A stretch of 64,000 nt of DNA from an uncultured Spirochaetaceae bacterium (lineage in GTDB: Bacteria; Spirochaetota; Spirochaetia; SZUA-6; DRHE01): positions 15,003-79,002 of the forward strand of contig CAYMGP010000006.1 of assembly GCA_964390045.1 (NCBI GenBank), read 5' to 3'. Below the pieces are notes generated by a model. That model was not told the DNA's origin. It did not search any database and was given only the letters and a program-made list of their open reading frames with translations. A program made the translations under genes and the position numbers. Positions 29,389 through 38,138 of this stretch are shown here, one piece after another (the stretch's first letter is position 1; every line of letters begins with the position of its first letter).

Positions 29389-30384
29389 TCAGGGGAAAAG
29401 CTCCGGATAGGCCAAAGCTGCCAGGTACTCTACTGCGCTCACGATATACTGCGAGGTAGCGGCTTTTAATCCTTCAGGCATCCGCCGCACCCGTTTCTGT
29501 CGAATCGCCTTCAGCCCCCGCAGGGCGGGATCGTTCAGCACCTGTTCGTAGAATGCATCGGCTCCGCTGGGATCTCCGTACACCCATCCGGGAAGAATCA
29601 GCAGGTCCGGGTCGAGCTCGAGGATCTTCTCTTTGGAAAGAGGTACCTGGCCCCATTCGTCTGAGGGAAACTCAGCCACGGCGTTGACCAGCCCCGCATG
29701 CCGTACTATCTCATCCCAGGAGCTGCCCGTGCCTTGCGAAGATCCCCAGGTGGCATAATCCATAACCGAGAGCCTCTCGGACTCCGGGATCACGGACACG
29801 ATCCGTCTCACCTCCGCCAGCCGCCTGTCCATATCGGCAATCATCTCTTCGCCCCTGTTCCTTTCACCGACCAGAACGGCTACCGATCTGATCTTGTCCT
29901 TGATCACCAGTACAGTCAATCCGGTGGCAATGAGATACACAGGAATCCCTGCATTGCGCAGCTGAGAGACCTTGTCCGCCTCGCTCCAGTTGGCCACGAA
30001 AACCAGATCCGGCCGCAGTGAAAGAACAACCTCCACGTTCATGGTGAGCCTGTTGGCGATATCTGCTATTTTATCAACCACGTTGGAAATCGCCGGATCT
30101 TCGCTGAAGTTCGTCACTCCTATCAGGCGCCTGTGATCGACAAGCTCTACCAGAATATCATCTGTGAAGGAGGTGAGAGAGATTATCCGCTCGGGCTTGG
30201 TAGGCAAACGCACAGAATGACCGGTGTCATCCTCGATTTCGAGGGGAAACCCGTCGGTGAACACCTCTGCAGCGGCAGGAGTTTCCTGCTCCCCGGCGGC
30301 CGGCTCCCCGCTGCCGGCTGTAAAACCTCGAAAACACAAGGTCAGCAAGCCAATCAGAACCAAAAAAAATATCTTGTGATTCAA
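29389..30384 (-). CDS. Periplasmic binding lipoprotein, BtuF/FhuD class (Peripla_BP_2)
   Basis: The lipobox is LTLC. The domain organisation resembles BtuF/FhuD. A TTG start has a GGAGG ribosome-binding site 8 nt upstream. It lies directly downstream of the cobalamin riboswitch. Confidence 0.75.
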   Translation of the reverse strand: MNHKIFFLVLIGLLTLCFRGFTAGSGEPAAGEQETPAAAEVFTDGFPLEIEDDTGHSVRLPTKPERIISLTSFTDDILVELVDHRRLIGVTNFSEDPAISNVVDKIADIANRLTMNVEVVLSLRPDLVFVANWSEADKVSQLRNAGIPVYLIATGLTVLVIKDKIRSVAVLVGERNRGEEMIADMDRRLAEVRRIVSVIPESERLSVMDYATWGSSQGTGSSWDEIVRHAGLVNAVAEFPSDEWGQVPLSKEKILELDPDLLILPGWVYGDPSGADAFYEQVLNDPALRGLKAIRQKRVRRMPEGLKAATSQYIVSAVEYLAALAYPELFP

Positions 30385-30450
30385 AGAATACCTCCTGCAA
30401 AGGTCTCGCGTGCAGGCGAAGCCCTGCTGCCTTTCTAGCGAGGATCCCAA

Positions 30451-30650
30451 CGTCTCCTGGCTTCCGGATCAACCTCTGCGCTCAAGCCTTCCCAGGTATC
30501 CAGTGGCTGCATTGAAGAGCGCTCGTCCCCGGTCACAGTGGCGCGTCCGCGGCGGACTCACACCGCCTTCCGCTGAAGGACCGCTGTCACGCTATCAGAA
30601 AGATTTCCCTCCTGTCAAGGCAATTCGATATCGCAGGTCTCGCCGCTGAC
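30451..30650 (-). ncRNA. Cobalamin (B12) riboswitch
   Basis: Conserved elements are found on the minus strand: GGGAAATC, GGTGTGAGTCCGCCGC, GCCACTG (present twice), GCCACTGGATACCTGGGAAGGC, and the B12 box GAAGCCAGGAGACG. It is located in the 5' leader of the BtuF-like gene, about 65 nt before its TTG start. Confidence 0.7.
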
Positions 30651-30667
30651 CTACCAATATAGCAAAG

Positions 30668-32812
30668 CTATCCATGCAACGGATTGTTTTCACAGCTTTT
30701 TGTAGCGCTCCGCACCTCGACCGCTACCGAGTGGGTCCTGGAACTCTGGCTTGGTTGCGTGGGTTCGGTTGAAGTCAACATATTGGCCGCACCGGCTCTA
30801 TCGATCCCATCGCTGTCGATCTGCGGCCCCATCCCAGCCAGTAGGCTGACAACTCCGGACATGATCTCGTCGGTGATGCAAACCGGCACCCGCAGACGAC
30901 CCCGGGGGCTCTCTACCTCCACCTCCTCGCCATCAACAATTGCTCTGGCCGCGGCATCTTCAGAATTCATCCACAGGCACTGTTTCTCCTTATCTAAGAA
31001 CCAGGGCTCTTCGGCGTACTGGGAGTTGATTCTGTAACGGGCATGGGGGGTGATCAGATAAAGGGGATAGCGGTCGGGGCGGCTGAAACCCCGCCAGGTC
31101 GGGTAGGGGGGAACTCCGAGACGCTCATAATCTCGGGATGCAAGCTCAATCTTTCCGGAGGGGGTATCGAGAGCAAAGTTGATCGGGTCGGCGACAAAGT
31201 CCGACAGACCGCTGCGCGTCTGTTCTGCTCCGGTATAGATACCCCTACGGCGGAACTCATCGATATCCACTACCTCCGACTCGGCCAGAAAGCTGTCGAT
31301 CCACTGAGCGGCGCTCTTGCCCTCTGTAAAATCTTCGACAAATCCCAGCCTGTCGGCAAGTTCTGAGAAAATATCATAGTCATTTCGAGACTCTCCGATA
31401 GGATCTATAGCTTGGTGAGAATACAGCAGATGATTGGTTTCCGGAAAGACAACATCCTCTCTTTCAAGAAACGTAGTAGCGGGCAGCACAACATCACAGT
31501 ATCGGGCGGTGGGAGTAAGAAAATAATCATGACAGACAGAGAAATCCACCCGTTCAAAGGCGCGTATGTTTTTGTATATATCGCTTCCCATGGCAAGGTA
31601 GTTGCTTCCGACATTGTAGATAGCCCGGATGTCCGTGGAAAACTCCGCCCCCCTGCCCTGGAGAACAGCATCAGACCACCTGTATACGGGAACCGACGGA
31701 GCTCCCGGAACCTCCGGCACGGGCAGCTCGCCGCAGCGCGGAACCGGCAGTCGGTTCCAGATGCTTGTTCCCGAAGAGCCGCCCGGCACTCCGATGTTTC
31801 CCGTTGCTGACTGTAGTGCCACTGCCATGCGGATCGCTTCCTCTCCAGCGATGGTTCTCTGGATAGAAAGACCCGGAATGAGGGCTGCCGGCTTGGTTGT
31901 GCCGTACTTAACCGCCAGATCTGAGATCGCTTTGCGAGGAGTACCACAGATCGCTTCAGCCCAGGAGGGGGTCTTGGGCTGCCCGTCAACTGCGCCTCGA
32001 CTGTAGCCTTCGAGGGCATCGAAACCGACACAAACACGGGAAAGGCTATCCCGCTCGATCAACCCATTGCTGAGCAACACATAAAGCACAGCAGCCATGA
32101 ACGCCGTATCGCTGCCTGGACGTATCGGGATCCACTGTGAACCCAGGCGCTGAACAGTTCGAGATCTCCGGGGATCGATTACTATAATCGGTGTGCCTCT
32201 CTTTTTCTGCTCCCGAACGAGGTTTTCTATCTCACACCCAAAACGGGTATCGGAAATGTTGGCACCCCAAAGAAGGATGAGTCTCGAGTGTTTTAGAGTT
32301 TGTGCATCAATTCCGCTCCGGCCGGCGTGTCGGGTACCGAACAAATAGGGAACAACAAAGCTCTCCGCACCGGAACTGTAGTTGCCACTGCAGTCCGTGA
32401 ATCCACCGAACAGGGAAAGAAAGCGTCGGGTCAAAAGCGCTGTGTTGTGCATGGCTCCCCTGCAGGAACCGTAGCCCCCCAGGTTTAGAACCGATTCCGC
32501 CTGCCAGTGCTCCCGGATTTCCTCAAGCCTGTCGGCGACAAACTCCAGTGCTTCTTTCCAGCCGGTTTCCCGAAATTGTCCGCTGCCCCTGGGACCGGTG
32601 CGAATCAATGGCCTGTGCAGGCGCTTTTTGGAATATACTATTCGGGGCATCTGATAACCCCGAACGCAGCCAGTCATGTACGGGGAACGAAACGGATTAT
32701 CCCTGATAGCGGTAAGGCGTCCATCCCGGACTTCGGCTAACAGAGGACAACCCGCTCCGCAGTCCTTGTTGCAGGAGACGGGAAGCTGTACAGCAGGTTC
32801 GTCCTCTTTCAC
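30668..32812 (-). CDS. Molybdopterin (DMSO-reductase-family) oxidoreductase, cytoplasmic
   Basis: The N-terminal 4Fe-4S motif is SCNKDCGAGCP. Molybdopterin and molybdopterin-dinucleotide-binding domain blocks are present, with no Tat signal. The start was set at a GTG (VKEDEPAVQLPVSC…); the ORF-track start at 33295 overlaps the PAP2 gene and was rejected. Confidence 0.7.
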   Translation of the reverse strand: MKEDEPAVQLPVSCNKDCGAGCPLLAEVRDGRLTAIRDNPFRSPYMTGCVRGYQMPRIVYSKKRLHRPLIRTGPRGSGQFRETGWKEALEFVADRLEEIREHWQAESVLNLGGYGSCRGAMHNTALLTRRFLSLFGGFTDCSGNYSSGAESFVVPYLFGTRHAGRSGIDAQTLKHSRLILLWGANISDTRFGCEIENLVREQKKRGTPIIVIDPRRSRTVQRLGSQWIPIRPGSDTAFMAAVLYVLLSNGLIERDSLSRVCVGFDALEGYSRGAVDGQPKTPSWAEAICGTPRKAISDLAVKYGTTKPAALIPGLSIQRTIAGEEAIRMAVALQSATGNIGVPGGSSGTSIWNRLPVPRCGELPVPEVPGAPSVPVYRWSDAVLQGRGAEFSTDIRAIYNVGSNYLAMGSDIYKNIRAFERVDFSVCHDYFLTPTARYCDVVLPATTFLEREDVVFPETNHLLYSHQAIDPIGESRNDYDIFSELADRLGFVEDFTEGKSAAQWIDSFLAESEVVDIDEFRRRGIYTGAEQTRSGLSDFVADPINFALDTPSGKIELASRDYERLGVPPYPTWRGFSRPDRYPLYLITPHARYRINSQYAEEPWFLDKEKQCLWMNSEDAAARAIVDGEEVEVESPRGRLRVPVCITDEIMSGVVSLLAGMGPQIDSDGIDRAGAANMLTSTEPTQPSQSSRTHSVAVEVRSATKSCENNPLHG

Positions 32813-32835
32813 TACGCGTATGCGCTTAGAAACGC

Positions 32836-33366
32836 TCAGATGATGATGCCCAGGGCTATCAGGATCCAGATCCCAACCCCGATGACAAGCCCGAGCAGAT
32901 AGCCCGCCACGACATCGTAAAGATAATGCACACCCAGAACGATGCGGGACAACCCGACCAGCAGCGACCAGAGAAGCAGAGCCAAACCGATCAACAGCCA
33001 TCCCCGGGCCAGCACGATCATCGTGATGGTGACGGTCCTCGATGCATGTCCCGAAGGGAAAGAATGGGGATCCGTTTTTCTGTAGATGGATCCCCACGTG
33101 CCGGGCGGCCTTCTGCGGCGAAACGCGTATTTCAGAAGCGAAGTGACCACCACGGAGGCAACATAGCCCGCCGCTAGAAGCACTGCAATGCTTTGCCAGG
33201 AAAAACCGCCCAACCACCAGAGGACGAAGAGGCAGGGAATGATCACAATGGAATCTCCGGAGTGAGCGAATACGGAGAATGGAATGCGAGTACAACGTCT
33301 GAGGGACAAAGACTGAAGGCGAAGGGACAAGCGGTTGTCCAAGCGCTTGAGAGAGTGCAGTCTCAT
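32836..33366 (-). CDS. PAP2-family membrane phosphatase
   Basis: PAP2 motifs are KYAFRRRRPP, PSGHAS and SRIVLGVHYLYDV. The start is at an internal Met whose ATG overlaps the stop of the upstream nucleotidyltransferase gene by 4 nt. Confidence 0.7.
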   Translation of the reverse strand: MRLHSLKRLDNRLSLRLQSLSLRRCTRIPFSVFAHSGDSIVIIPCLFVLWWLGGFSWQSIAVLLAAGYVASVVVTSLLKYAFRRRRPPGTWGSIYRKTDPHSFPSGHASRTVTITMIVLARGWLLIGLALLLWSLLVGLSRIVLGVHYLYDVVAGYLLGLVIGVGIWILIALGIII

Positions 33367-34139
33367 GTTCCCTCCGGCGCAGACAGATGCCGCCGCAGCA
33401 TCTCCAATTGAATTGGTTTGTCCACGTCCATGCCCACCTCCGGAAAGGGACACTGGAGCACTCGAGCCCGAATCTGCAGGCGTTTGCCTACCCGGCGTGC
33501 TGTTTCATCGATCGTGATTCTATGCAGGAGGAGCAGAAACAATATATCGAAACCGATCAGTGAAGCCTGTTTGAACACGCTTTTTCGGGCGGCCAGAAGG
33601 CGATCCCAGATCTCAGTTTCGCCGAAGAACATCGAGGTTCGAATTACCGCCAGATCTCCTCCCGTTACTTCGGTATCCCGCAATCGGATGTAGGTACGGC
33701 GGCAGCCCGGAAAACGGACCTCCATCTCTTTTCTTCCGACGGTGCAGTAGTAAAAATCGTGCGCGGTCTCTCTGCAGCGTTCGATCACCCAATCGATCAT
33801 GGGAGCCGTCACTCCGGGAATGTCCGCCGAGACGCTGAGAACATATTCAGCATCGGGATCGAGGCGCAACACTTCCTGCCCCCCGGCGCTGATGTTCTGA
33901 AGTATACCTCCCTGATCGGGAATGAACTCCAATGGTCCGTCGTAGGACAGGTTGTCTGTAGCTTTGAGGCCGACGATCACTACGCGATCTATGTAGCGAC
34001 AAGCTTGAAGTGCATCGAGCTCCCACTGGATCATCGGCTTGCCCGCGATCTCGAGCAGTGCCTTGGAAACACCATGGGTGAAATCGAACAAAGGATCGTC
34101 GCTCAAAGGTATGCTGCCTGCAGCAATCACTGCATCCAT
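33363..34139 (-). CDS. MobA-like nucleotidyltransferase family protein (NTP_transf_3-like)
   Basis: The N-terminus MDAVIAAGSIPLSDDPLF…ALLEIAGKPMIQW resembles the MobA/CobY/IspD-like NTP transferase fold. The start was taken at the internal Met 34139. Confidence 0.55.
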   Translation of the reverse strand: MDAVIAAGSIPLSDDPLFDFTHGVSKALLEIAGKPMIQWELDALQACRYIDRVVIVGLKATDNLSYDGPLEFIPDQGGILQNISAGGQEVLRLDPDAEYVLSVSADIPGVTAPMIDWVIERCRETAHDFYYCTVGRKEMEVRFPGCRRTYIRLRDTEVTGGDLAVIRTSMFFGETEIWDRLLAARKSVFKQASLIGFDILFLLLLHRITIDETARRVGKRLQIRARVLQCPFPEVGMDVDKPIQLEMLRRHLSAPEGT

Positions 34140-34140
34140 T

Positions 34141-35052
34141 TTAGTTGAGCTCCTGAATAGTCGGTCCGATCCCGACCTCGTCGAGTATCGATGCCAGCTC
34201 TTCATCGCCAAGAATCCTGCCCTTGCCGGCCGCAGCGACCAGAGCAGCCTCAAAAGCATTCGTTCCAAAGCTCCTGCCCTGCAAAACCGGCGTGGTGGTG
34301 ATGAGAAACTTGATTCCCCGCTTGCGCATGAACTCTGCATCTTCCGGGGTGGTAGTATTGGTCACTATGATTTTCCCATCCATGTCTTCGGGCATATGCT
34401 TCTTGATGTACAGACAGTCTCCGGCAATGACGGTGGCTTCCTGGTAGTAGCGTTCGTACTTGGGCACGTTTTCCTCCTGCGCCTCTCCGGTGGAGTAGAG
34501 CATGCTGATGGGGAAATGGCCGACCACGGGAAGCAGTATGCGCGCCGCCCTGTGCAAACCTTTCAAGCTCCTGATGGCCATGGGCAGGCTCAAAGCGAAC
34601 ATCAGGTCCCCGTAGACACACTCGTACCCCGCTTTGAGGAAAGAGGTGAGCATCCCGTACCGAGAGATCGCCTCCACCATAAAGGCCTTCTTGTTTTTCA
34701 CGTAACTACCGATCCTGGTCTCCGCGATCTGCATCACCCGCGATTCCAGCACTATCTGCAGTCCTTTGCCGTCAGTGTAGGGGGTGAGCTTCACATCCTG
34801 CACCAGCTTCAGACCGGCATGCAGAGGATAGCGTTTCCAGGGAAGATTCAGATACAGGGCGATGCCTCCGACTCCAAAGGCATCCACGCTGCCATCGAGC
34901 TCGTTGTACATCTGCCTGGCTCGTTTCTCGTCCCCATTGGTACCGATCCGCTCCAGGCACACAGTCTCTCCAAGGAGCGGAATCTCTACTCGCTTGTCCC
35001 GCTGAGGAGTACCCAAACTAATGCTCAATGCTTTCTTGAGTGACATAATCAA
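34141..35052 (-). CDS. Conserved hypothetical protein (Rossmann-like C-terminal half)
   Basis: A 303-aa ORF is tightly packed against the nucleotidyltransferase gene (1-nt spacer). No motif is confidently recognised. Confidence 0.5.
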   Translation of the reverse strand: MIMSLKKALSISLGTPQRDKRVEIPLLGETVCLERIGTNGDEKRARQMYNELDGSVDAFGVGGIALYLNLPWKRYPLHAGLKLVQDVKLTPYTDGKGLQIVLESRVMQIAETRIGSYVKNKKAFMVEAISRYGMLTSFLKAGYECVYGDLMFALSLPMAIRSLKGLHRAARILLPVVGHFPISMLYSTGEAQEENVPKYERYYQEATVIAGDCLYIKKHMPEDMDGKIIVTNTTTPEDAEFMRKRGIKFLITTTPVLQGRSFGTNAFEAALVAAAGKGRILGDEELASILDEVGIGPTIQELN

Positions 35053-35168
35053 GCATTATACTCGATCCCAGGCCCGCTCTACAATCTTGAAAGGCGAAGC
35101 GGTTTCCTCGTCAATCGGCCGTGGGGCGGAAGTTTGACCTCGAAATTGCCAGCCGCTATAATTCCCCC

Positions 35169-35804
35169 ATGAACAGCCGGATCGGCTTGGGACGGGCTTT
35201 CCGATCGAGGAAGACGATCCTCAGTCTCGCGTTGCTCACCGCCTGCGCACTCATGTGCTTCGCTGTCAGTGACTTGATCCAGTACCTCTATCCCGAGCGG
35301 CCCATTGTTCCCGACATATTTTTTACCCTGATTCCGGAAATCTCCTGGCTGGCCTACCTCACCGATCCGATTATCCTGATTTCCGTGATTCTCATCCTGG
35401 CCTACGCCTGCAGCGCGGGAAGAAGGCGGCTTCCCTACTTCTTTTTCACGGTGGGCCTGACCTACCTGCTGAGAGGCCCCCTCATGCTGCTCACGCCTCT
35501 CGGCCGGCCCACGGGAAATCTGCGTTCCTACGGCATTTTTGAGATATTTGATCTCAAACAACACGGTATGTTCCCCTCCGGCCACGCCCTCCTCACAATG
35601 ATCATCTATCTGCTCATCGATGAGCGGGAGTGTCGCTGGTGCAAGCGTTTGGCCCTCGTTCTTCTGATATTGGAGAGTCTTGCCCTGCTGCTTTCCCGGG
35701 GGCACTATTCGATCGATCTGGTCGGGGGTTATATGACAGCCTACCTCGCCTACCGCTGGGCTGAAACATACAAGTCCCGCTTCTATCTATGGCAAGATAG
35801 ATGA
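35169..35804 (+). CDS. PAP2-like (PAP2_like_2 / sphingomyelin-synthase-like) integral membrane protein
   Basis: Motifs PSGHALLT and SRGHYSIDLVGGY are present in a 6-TM protein. It diverges from the hypothetical–NTP-transferase–PAP2 cluster. Confidence 0.55.
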   Translation: MNSRIGLGRAFRSRKTILSLALLTACALMCFAVSDLIQYLYPERPIVPDIFFTLIPEISWLAYLTDPIILISVILILAYACSAGRRRLPYFFFTVGLTYLLRGPLMLLTPLGRPTGNLRSYGIFEIFDLKQHGMFPSGHALLTMIIYLLIDERECRWCKRLALVLLILESLALLLSRGHYSIDLVGGYMTAYLAYRWAETYKSRFYLWQDR

Positions 35805-35885
35805 GATAATTCTGCACTCGGAAGTAAAGGAGCCGAAAGCACGGAGGCATATTTTTTTTGTAATTGAAAATCTGGGAGCGGTTGT

Positions 35886-36227
35886 TCAGTCCTTTAAGGA
35901 CATCGGGTTGCAGAGATTGGTCTCGCTGTCCGCGACCCGGCCGCAGTTGAAACATATGTAGCGCGGGTTGCGCGTCAGCTCTTTTATCTTTTCGATCTGG
36001 TCATTGCTTGCCAGCACGCACAGATGTCCCTGATGATCACCCTTACAGTCTCCCTTTTTCATAGCGGCTCTTACTATCGCCCGTTCTAACAAAGATTTCA
36101 ACCCCCAATCCCAACCATCCAGATGTTCACAATCGCTGTCGGTTCGATGACCGGAATGGGGGCCGACGATGCAGAGACGGCAGAACGGGCGGCCACGATC
36201 GAAGCTGTATCTCCGTGGGCGTACCAT
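35886..36227 (-). CDS. Small Cys/His-rich hypothetical protein (possible zinc ribbon)
   Basis: Motifs are CRLCIVGPHSGH…DCEH and CKGDHQGHLC…CFNCG. The start is ambiguous (36227 or internal Met at 36062). Confidence 0.4.
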   Translation of the reverse strand: MVRPRRYSFDRGRPFCRLCIVGPHSGHRTDSDCEHLDGWDWGLKSLLERAIVRAAMKKGDCKGDHQGHLCVLASNDQIEKIKELTRNPRYICFNCGRVADSETNLCNPMSLKD

Positions 36228-36320
36228 GGGTACGACGAAACCAGTGTTGGACCGGCGCGTTGAATAAACGGTGGATAGAATCGGCGGGCAGGGCTCCGTT
36301 CTGTTCGGAAGAGGTGATGC

Positions 36321-37175
36321 TCATTCAAACTTTTCCCATGAAAGATGCCTGCCTTTCAGCGCCGGCTGGCATTTCGGACAGAAGAAGGCATCGTAGCCCA
36401 AAACCCCCATCCTGCGTATCGTGGTTCCGCAGACCGTGCAGGGCTGCCCCCTGCGGTTGCGTACCTTGAGATGACCACGCACCTTGACATCGATTGGCTG
36501 GGCAGCCCTCTCGACCTCCTCAATACCCCACTGAAGGACCGGGCGCACACTGCCGTACAACCTATCGATATCCTCTTCCGCCAACTGGTGGCAGCCTGTC
36601 TTGGGATGGATGCGGGCGACGAAAAGGATTTCATCTGCATACGCGTTTCCAATGGCGCTGAGATTTTGCTGGTCCATGAGAAAAACGCGTATCTGCTGGC
36701 GGCGTCCTTCCAACGTCTCTTTGAAGACCTCCAGTGTGAAATCCTCTGAGAGTACCTCCGTTCCCTGAGTGTCAAACCCGGGTATTCCGGCGGTCTCACC
36801 GGACCTGATGAGGTAGATCTTGCCCATCCGCCGTGAATCGAGATAGTGCAAAACGGCACCGCTGTCGAGAGCGAGGGACCAGCAGTGGTCCTTGGCCAAT
36901 CGCTTTATATTTGCCTGGGAGGCGCTTTCGAGACGAAAGCGGCCTGCAAGCATAAAGTGGACGATCATTTCAAGCGGAGCAAGAGAAAAAACGAGAAATG
37001 GTCCGCGACGACGCATTCCGGAGAAGCTCCTGCCGGGCAGAAGCTCCTCAAAACGCCCAAGAACCCCCACGCGCAGCACGATTGGCTCCCACACCCTGGC
37101 CTGAATTATTCGCCGGTTCAAGATTTCGGGCCGGAGTCGCTTCTCGATATATACCAGCTCGGGCAGTTCGGGCAT
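36321..37175 (-). CDS. mutM: Formamidopyrimidine-DNA glycosylase (Fpg/MutM, Fpg/Nei family)
   Basis: The N-terminus MPELPELVYIEK (catalytic P2, E3) is present with a C-terminal zinc finger (CTVCGTTI…CPKCQ). Confidence 0.85.
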   Translation of the reverse strand: MPELPELVYIEKRLRPEILNRRIIQARVWEPIVLRVGVLGRFEELLPGRSFSGMRRRGPFLVFSLAPLEMIVHFMLAGRFRLESASQANIKRLAKDHCWSLALDSGAVLHYLDSRRMGKIYLIRSGETAGIPGFDTQGTEVLSEDFTLEVFKETLEGRRQQIRVFLMDQQNLSAIGNAYADEILFVARIHPKTGCHQLAEEDIDRLYGSVRPVLQWGIEEVERAAQPIDVKVRGHLKVRNRRGQPCTVCGTTIRRMGVLGYDAFFCPKCQPALKGRHLSWEKFE

Positions 37176-37220
37176 ACTGATGGCGAACAGTATAGCAAGT
37201 TGCCGAGTCTTGGACAGCAG

Positions 37221-38138
37221 GTGAACCTTCGACTGATAACAATACTGGTGATTTCCGGCTTATCCATTTTTCCCCGAGAGGTAGACGGCGAGGAGTCCAT
37301 CTCGATTTACTACAGCGCTTCTCTTAACGGCAACCTCGACGGCTGCAACTGCGACATGAATCCGGTGGCAGGTCTGGTCAAACAAGCCGCCTTTCTTCGC
37401 TCTCACGAACCGCCGAATCTCTCTTTGCTAGTAGACGCCGGGGACATTCTCGACGAGTTGCCCGATGAGGAACTGGCCCGTCACATCCTCGATGTATATG
37501 CCGAGCTAGGCTACAACGCGATTGCGGTAGGAGACCAGGAGCTCTCCAACGGACTCGGGAAACTGTTCGAATACAGCCAGCGCTACCCTCTGATCTGTCA
37601 CAACCTTTTCGTGCTCACGGAAAACGGCGCCGTGTCCTTCTCCGGTGATCCTCTCAACTTCAAAATCGGAAACCTGCGCATCTGTATGTTTGCACTGATC
37701 GATCCCTGCCTCACCGACGATACTGATAGAGAGCAAAACACGATACGAATTGCTTCTCCTGTATCGACAGCTGAGCGGCTGCTTGGCGGCTGTCAACAAC
37801 TGGAAGCGGATTTGACGATTGTTCTTCTCCACGGTTCCCTGCCGAGCGCTGTCAATCTTGTAGAGAACGTTACCGGGATCGATCTGCTGATCTTCGCCCA
37901 CGAAGGCCAGCTTTTACCGCCGCAAACTATCGGCAACACGGTCCTGGTATCTCCCGGAAACGAGGGGAACTATCTCGGGAATGTTACGGTAACAGTTCGC
38001 CCGGATACACCGGATACAATTGGGAATGTTGAAAACCGCTTTGTTTACTTCTCTTATTCAGATGACCCGGACGATCCCGCGGTACGCGAGAGAATACGAA
38101 CATACAAAGCGAAACTCCGTTCACTGCTGATAGAATGA
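37221..38138 (+). CDS. Secreted metallophosphatase-like protein with degenerate metal-binding motifs
   Basis: A signal-peptide-like N-terminus (LRLITILVISGLSIF) follows a GTG start. The layout resembles the 5'-nucleotidase/metallophosphoesterase N-domain, but the GDxHG/GNHE positions are degenerate (SASLNGNLDG; GDQELS). The ORF-track start at 36846 overlaps fpg and was rejected. Confidence 0.45.
   Translation: MNLRLITILVISGLSIFPREVDGEESISIYYSASLNGNLDGCNCDMNPVAGLVKQAAFLRSHEPPNLSLLVDAGDILDELPDEELARHILDVYAELGYNAIAVGDQELSNGLGKLFEYSQRYPLICHNLFVLTENGAVSFSGDPLNFKIGNLRICMFALIDPCLTDDTDREQNTIRIASPVSTAERLLGGCQQLEADLTIVLLHGSLPSAVNLVENVTGIDLLIFAHEGQLLPPQTIGNTVLVSPGNEGNYLGNVTVTVRPDTPDTIGNVENRFVYFSYSDDPDDPAVRERIRTYKAKLRSLLIE

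Noticed and set aside
32813-33295. 5' extension of the molybdopterin oxidoreductase ORF
   Set aside because: Overlaps the PAP2 gene in another frame. The translation is Arg/Cys/Gly-rich before the conserved Fe-S motif.
34039-35043. 334-aa plus-strand ORF
   Set aside because: Antisense to the hypothetical and nucleotidyltransferase genes. His/Gly-rich, not protein-like.
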